In this document: positions 22,754 to 26,907 of the stretch, one piece after another
How the letters are laid out: each line of letters opens with the position of its first letter
How positions within the stretch are numbered: position 1 is the stretch's first letter
From: Archangium sp.
GTDB lineage: Bacteria; Myxococcota; Myxococcia; Myxococcales; Myxococcaceae
Direction: 5' to 3'
DNA: 26,907 nucleotides
NCBI GenBank assembly: GCA_031367385.1
Contig: JANLPS010000309.1
Coordinates: 1 to 26,907, forward strand
The notes under the pieces: model-generated
What the model was told of the DNA's origin: nothing
The model's database searches: none
What the model saw: the letters and a program-made list of their open reading frames with translations, nothing else
Translations under genes and position numbers: made by a program

Positions 22754-23890
22754 TTATTGGCCGCTGACGACGATGCGTGCGCCTTTCAACTTGTTGACGT
22801 TACCCTGTTCGATTTTGCCGTTGATTTTCACCGAGTAGTTGCCGTCTTTGTTGACCGAGCCGACGCGCTTGCCATCGAGAAACACTTTGCCGGCGGCCAC
22901 CTGGTAGTTCTTGCCATTCAGGCTCACCAGCCCGCTCGGCGCGTTTCTCAGCTGGGTCTTGTCGGGTTTGTCTGCGAGGTACGAGGCACCGAAAAGGGCC
23001 CCGACGTTGCCGCTGTAGATGCGGCCATCGATCTTCACTGCGAACCCGCCCTTCTCGTCGACGGTACCGATGTTCTTGCCGTCGCCGTTGAAGACGTGGC
23101 CGCTGCGAATCACGTAGTCGGTGTCGCCCAGATGCACGTCGCCGTTGAGGCGGTTGTCGACGGCCTTCTTGTTGCCCAACGTACCGTCGTAGACCGCTCC
23201 GGTGAGCTGGTTCACGTTGCCAGTGACGCCGCCGACATTGAAGGCGCCGGTGTCGTTGATCGTGCCGACCTTCTTGCCATCAACGCTGACGATGCCCTTG
23301 TCGACCGCGTAGTGCTGGCCTCCGACGTCGACCTCTCCGGTGGGCCGGTTGTCGACGGCCTTTTTGTCGCTCAGCGTGCCGTCGTAGATCGCGCCGGTGA
23401 CCTTCGTCACGTTGCCGGTGACGCCGCCCAGGTCGAAGTCTCCGGAGTTGTTGATGGTGCCGACCGCCTTGCCCCCGGTGCTGACCACGCCCTTGTCGAC
23501 CGCGTAGTGCTGGCCCCCGACGTCGACTTCGCCAGTGGGGCGGTTGTCGACCTTCGCACCGGTGCTCAGCGTGCCTTCGACCGCCGCGCCGATCAGCCCG
23601 GCCACGTTGCCCTTGACCTCTTGCCCGTTGAGCTTGACCGAGTAGTCGCCGGCGTCGTTGACGGTGCCGATCACCGTGCCGTTGAGCGAGACCGAGCCAT
23701 TGGTCACCTCATACGTCGCATCACCCTGCTTCACCGAGCCGCTCGGGCCGGTGTAGCCCGAGTTCGGGCCGTAGCAGGTGACCAGACCACCCGAGCTCGA
23801 GGCCGGGTTCGCGGCTGCCGTGTCTGCTGGCTCAACGGCGGTTGCGGTTTGGTTGATGACGGTGCTGCTGCCGACTGACGAGACGCCCAT
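22754..23890 (-). CDS. Hypothetical protein with five ~65-70 aa Gly-rich beta repeats
   Basis: GGAGG RBS. A Ser/Thr/Ala-rich N-terminus is followed by five units matching GxVxxxxxxYxVxxGxVxxxGKxVGTVNxxGxF/Y...GNV..GA. Confidence 0.85.
   Translation of the reverse strand: MGVSSVGSSTVINQTATAVEPADTAAANPASSSGGLVTCYGPNSGYTGPSGSVKQGDATYEVTNGSVSLNGTVIGTVNDAGDYSVKLNGQEVKGNVAGLIGAAVEGTLSTGAKVDNRPTGEVDVGGQHYAVDKGVVSTGGKAVGTINNSGDFDLGGVTGNVTKVTGAIYDGTLSDKKAVDNRPTGEVDVGGQHYAVDKGIVSVDGKKVGTINDTGAFNVGGVTGNVNQLTGAVYDGTLGNKKAVDNRLNGDVHLGDTDYVIRSGHVFNGDGKNIGTVDEKGGFAVKIDGRIYSGNVGALFGASYLADKPDKTQLRNAPSGLVSLNGKNYQVAAGKVFLDGKRVGSVNKDGNYSVKINGKIEQGNVNKLKGARIVVSGQ
23162..23551 (-). repeat. Intragenic tandem duplication, 2 x 195 nt
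   Basis: Units 23357-23551 and 23162-23356 encode 65-aa repeats identical at 50 of 65 positions by hand alignment; both begin VDNRPTGEVDVGGQHYAVDKG. Confidence 0.9.
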
Positions 23891-23996
23891 GGCGAACTGC
23901 CTCCAAGAAAAAAGTGGTCTTCAGTCCCTCGACGCCGATGAAGAAGAATCGTCCCATAAGGTGAGAATGCGCGTGCATGCGCCGATGTAAGCGCTC

Positions 23997-24059
23997 GAAT
24001 TTCGTGTGCGGTCTCGACTTCAGACACCGCAGTTGCGGGGCTGGCCCCACACGAAGTTC
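23997..24059. other. Intergenic inverted repeat / structured element
   Basis: GAATTTCGTGTGCGG (23997-24011) and CCCCACACGAAGTTC (24045-24059) are complementary at 13 of 15 positions and enclose two small hairpins. Confidence 0.5.
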
Positions 24060-24071
24060 ACAGCTCGAGGC

Positions 24072-24848
24072 TCAGCGCAGCTCGACCCAGGTCGGCGCAT
24101 GATCGCTCGGCTTGAGCTGGGCGCGCACCGTTTTATCGACGCCCGCAGCCTTCAAGCGCTTGGCAGCGGGCGCGTTGAGCAGCAGGTGATCGATTCGCAG
24201 CCCGGCGTCGCGCGCGAAGCTGTTCCGAAAGAACTCCCAGAACGTGTAGAGCGGCTCGCCCGGGTGCAGGTGGTGCAGCGCGTCGACCCAACCCTGTGAG
24301 AGCAGCCGCCGCCAGGCCTCACGCGACTCGGGCTGCAGCAGCGCGTCGTTGAGCCACGAGCGCGCGTTGTAGATGTCTTCGACTCCGTCAGTAGGCACCA
24401 CGTTGTAGTCACCCACCAACAGCACCGGCGCGTCGTGCGCGTACAGCCGCTTGGCGTGCGCGATCAACCGATCGAACCACTTGAGCTTGTAGTCGAACTT
24501 GGGGCCCGGCTGCGGGTTGCCATTGGGCAGGTACAGGCAACCGATGACGAGGCCGTGCACCTCTGCCTCGAGGTACCGGCTCTGGGCATCATCAGGGTCG
24601 CCCGGCAACCCTCGGCGCCGTTCAATCGGCTCGGCCCCGCGCGCCAAGAGTGCGACGCCGTTGAAGCCCTTTTGGCCCTGCCAGAGCGCTCGATACCCCG
24701 CGGCCTCAATCGCCTCTTTGGGAAAGGTGTCGTCGGAGGTCTTGAGCTCCTGCAGGCAGGCGACGTCGGGTTGGGCGTCGGCGAGCCACTCGAGCAGGCG
24801 CGGTAACCGGCTCTTGATGCCGTTCACGTTGAACGTGGCGATCTTCAT
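24072..24848 (-). CDS. xth: Exodeoxyribonuclease III / AP endonuclease
   Basis: MKIATFNVNGI, CLQELK, NGVA, YLPNG, GDYN, GLRIDH, SDHAP. Confidence 0.95.
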   Translation of the reverse strand: MKIATFNVNGIKSRLPRLLEWLADAQPDVACLQELKTSDDTFPKEAIEAAGYRALWQGQKGFNGVALLARGAEPIERRRGLPGDPDDAQSRYLEAEVHGLVIGCLYLPNGNPQPGPKFDYKLKWFDRLIAHAKRLYAHDAPVLLVGDYNVVPTDGVEDIYNARSWLNDALLQPESREAWRRLLSQGWVDALHHLHPGEPLYTFWEFFRNSFARDAGLRIDHLLLNAPAAKRLKAAGVDKTVRAQLKPSDHAPTWVELR

Positions 24849-24855
24849 GGCTGCC

Positions 24856-26718
24856 TCATCGCGAAACCAACCGCGTCATGGTGCCCGGCGCCGCGAGGGT
24901 GAGCCGGTGGGTGGTGCGAGTGACTCCGACATAGAGGGCCCGCCGCGAGTCACCCGTCTCGGGAAAAGTGGTCGCGGTGGCGTCGGGCACGATCACCAGG
25001 TCGAACTCGAGGCCCTTCACCTCCGGCACGCAGGTCAGAATCAAACCGGGCTTGAAATCGAACAAGCCATCGAGCGCGATTCTCGGAGTCACGTCATGGC
25101 GAACCGAGCGAGCAAAGGCCCGCGCGCCTTCGGCGGTGCGGCAGATGATCGCAATCGAAGCCCAGGGGTCGAGGCGCTGCACGTCGCGCAGGGCCGCTCC
25201 GAGCCAAGCGGCTTGGTGAAAGACCGATGCCGAGACCACCTTGGTCACCGTCGGGTGCTCGCTCGGCGAAGGCAACGAGGCGTCGATGATCGACCGGGCC
25301 AGCGCGGTGACGTCAGGAGGGCACCGGTAGTTCACCTCGAGCACGGCGCGGGTGTAGCGCTCGGTGCCGAGGTCGCTCATCACATGCTCCCAGCCGGTGA
25401 AGAACGACGACGGGTCGACCTGCTGCGCGGCGTCACCCGCGATGATCACGCTGCCGTCACCCTTCACGGTTCGGCCGATCAACGCCAGCTCGAGCGCGGC
25501 GAATTCTTGAGCCTCGTCGACCATCACGCAGTCGTAGCGTGCCAGTGAGATCGGTTTCTTGCCGTTGGCGCGTGAGCGCAGCCGCTCGACTTCGAAGAGT
25601 ACCGCGTGATCTTCGGCGTCGATGCTGTACGCGTCTTCGGTCGGAGTGCCTTCATCGATGCCGCGGCCATCGGCGGTGGTCAGCGAGCCTTGCGCGCCCC
25701 CGGCATACGACTGCTCGGTCGAGTCGAGAAATTGCACGCGGGTGTGCTCGGCCACGTCGTTGACCGCGGTTTGCCGAAGCGCTCCTGCACTCGCGGTGAC
25801 CACCTGCTGCAGGGTGGCGCGCTCACCAAACAGGTGCTCCAAGTCGGCGCGGCGCGCGAGGTGCTTGGAGTGCGTCGGGCGTTCTTCATCGACCGTGGGA
25901 GCCGGGCGCTGGGCCACGAACTGCTCGAGAATCGGGCGCAGCGCCGGGTGCCGCTTCACCGCGGTCACCGCCGCCAGGGTGCTGCTCTCGCGCCTAGGCA
26001 GGTCGGGGAAGATGCTCCTCGAGAGATCAGCGGCCCAGGCATCGTAGGTGGCCACCTCGATGTCTTCGATGCCGCGGCGCTCGAGCATCAGCTCGGTCAA
26101 CCGCTTGAGGCCCTCGGTCGGCACCACCACCGCCCCAAGAAAATCGAGGTTCTTCTCGCGCAACGCGACGAGGCGATGCAGCGCGACGGTGGTCTTGCCA
26201 AACCCTGCTTCTCCGAGCACCAGCACGCTCTGACTCGCCGGCAAGTCGACGATCGCTTGCTGCGCGGGGTCGAGCGTCACCTCGAGTGGAGACCGAAACG
26301 GCGTTCGCAACAGGGCCGGGCGTGGGGCGAGCTTTCGCTCAAAGGGCAACGGCTGCGATGACCACTGCCCCGAGGCCCGCACCAGCGACTGCCTCGGCGT
26401 GTCGATGCGCGCCAGCAGGCCGTTCTCGAACGTGAGCAGGTTCTTCTCGAGCAACGTGCCGACGATCGAGCGATCAGCCTCGTCGATTTCGTACGCCTCG
26501 CCCTCGTCGCAGAGAAAGAACACCTCCGCCAAGGGTGCCGCTTGCCAGTCGACGATGGTGCCGCCCGAAAAACCGCGGTTGGCGCTGCCGAGCAACACGT
26601 CGAGCTCGCGGCGCGTGGTGCGCAGGCGAATGTGAGCGAACACCGGAGTCGCCGTGCCCGCGGCTTCGAGCACGGAGAGCAAACGCTCGAGTCGCAGCTG
26701 CAGCACGGGGTCGAGCAT
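24856..26718 (-). CDS. HelD-like SF1 (UvrD-family) ATPase
   Basis: Walker A GEAGFGKT, Walker B VDEAQE, GDAAQ, NYR, KGLEFD, LYVGVTR. The N-terminal PVFAHI..IVDWQAAPLAEVFF corresponds to the HelD PYF..DWRAP motif. Confidence 0.8.
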   Translation of the reverse strand: MLDPVLQLRLERLLSVLEAAGTATPVFAHIRLRTTRRELDVLLGSANRGFSGGTIVDWQAAPLAEVFFLCDEGEAYEIDEADRSIVGTLLEKNLLTFENGLLARIDTPRQSLVRASGQWSSQPLPFERKLAPRPALLRTPFRSPLEVTLDPAQQAIVDLPASQSVLVLGEAGFGKTTVALHRLVALREKNLDFLGAVVVPTEGLKRLTELMLERRGIEDIEVATYDAWAADLSRSIFPDLPRRESSTLAAVTAVKRHPALRPILEQFVAQRPAPTVDEERPTHSKHLARRADLEHLFGERATLQQVVTASAGALRQTAVNDVAEHTRVQFLDSTEQSYAGGAQGSLTTADGRGIDEGTPTEDAYSIDAEDHAVLFEVERLRSRANGKKPISLARYDCVMVDEAQEFAALELALIGRTVKGDGSVIIAGDAAQQVDPSSFFTGWEHVMSDLGTERYTRAVLEVNYRCPPDVTALARSIIDASLPSPSEHPTVTKVVSASVFHQAAWLGAALRDVQRLDPWASIAIICRTAEGARAFARSVRHDVTPRIALDGLFDFKPGLILTCVPEVKGLEFDLVIVPDATATTFPETGDSRRALYVGVTRTTHRLTLAAPGTMTRLVSR

Positions 26719-26907
26719 CTCGAACGCCTTTTACCCGAACTGAACCGCGCGCATCGACAGCGATGACACCCACGCGATCCGTATCGGGCCCTATGACGCA
26801 AGCGCTTGAGGGGGCTGATCGGCAAGCATCGGCTTGATCGCGGCACCTCCGATGAATTGAAGGTCGAGAGTGGTGCCGAGCGACAGTGCGTTCCACGCGA
26901 GTCGTTG

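Noticed and set aside
23162..23551. Repeats considered as a CRISPR array or as a diversity-generating retroelement TR/VR pair
   Set aside because: They are in-frame 195-nt coding repeats with no unique spacers. The differences are not adenine-specific, and there is no cas or reverse transcriptase gene in the window.
22412..23878. 488-aa plus-strand ORF with apparent repeats
   Set aside because: Antisense shadow of the repeat genes (VVD/VD-rich mirror pattern). The minus-strand gene has the GGAGG RBS and a coherent composition.
284..26718. 6S RNA and a HelD-like factor (both RNA polymerase modulators) in one window
   Set aside because: They are about 24 kb apart with unrelated genes between them; there is no evidence of linkage.
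24072..26718. Helicase + nuclease pair considered as an anti-phage defence system
   Set aside because: The nuclease is a canonical Xth and the ATPase has HelD motifs. There is no defence-island context or compositional anomaly.
26810..26830. GGGGCTGATCGGCAAGC upstream of the HelD-like gene, loosely resembling the actinobacterial rifamycin-associated element
   Set aside because: The spacing differs and the palindromic right arm is missing. That element is known from Actinobacteria, and a chance match is likely in GC-rich DNA.

Overview
GC-rich, gene-dense chromosomal window whose gene content and protein style suggest Myxococcota (inference). No mobile element, CRISPR array, rRNA or tRNA was seen. 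From left to right it contains: the 5' end of a secreted-protein gene (-); 6S RNA followed by 5-formyl-THF cyclo-ligase; a multi-TM PDZ/GAF Ser/Thr kinase; and a tail-anchored hypothetical protein. Next is a tightly packed seven-gene minus-strand run (5'-nucleotidase lipoprotein, Cys-rich OB-fold lipoprotein, outer-membrane beta-barrel, pdhA, pdhB, pdhC, lipoprotein). Then come a Nudix hydrolase, a HAD phosphatase, a 2-TM hypothetical protein, a GlpT-like MFS transporter preceded by a pho-box-like repeat, a CBS-pair protein with a sigma54-like promoter and an acyl-CoA ligase. The window ends with two adjacent genes built from the same unrecognised Gly-rich beta repeat, xth, and a HelD-like ATPase lacking the N-terminal coiled coil. 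The best candidates for an undescribed system are (1) the nucleotidase + nuclease-less OB-fold lipoprotein + beta-barrel trio, a putative cell-surface nucleic-acid/nucleotide capture and uptake unit linked to pyruvate dehydrogenase, and (2) the repeat-protein pair at 22178-23890. All family calls come from motif recognition by eye; no searches were run.
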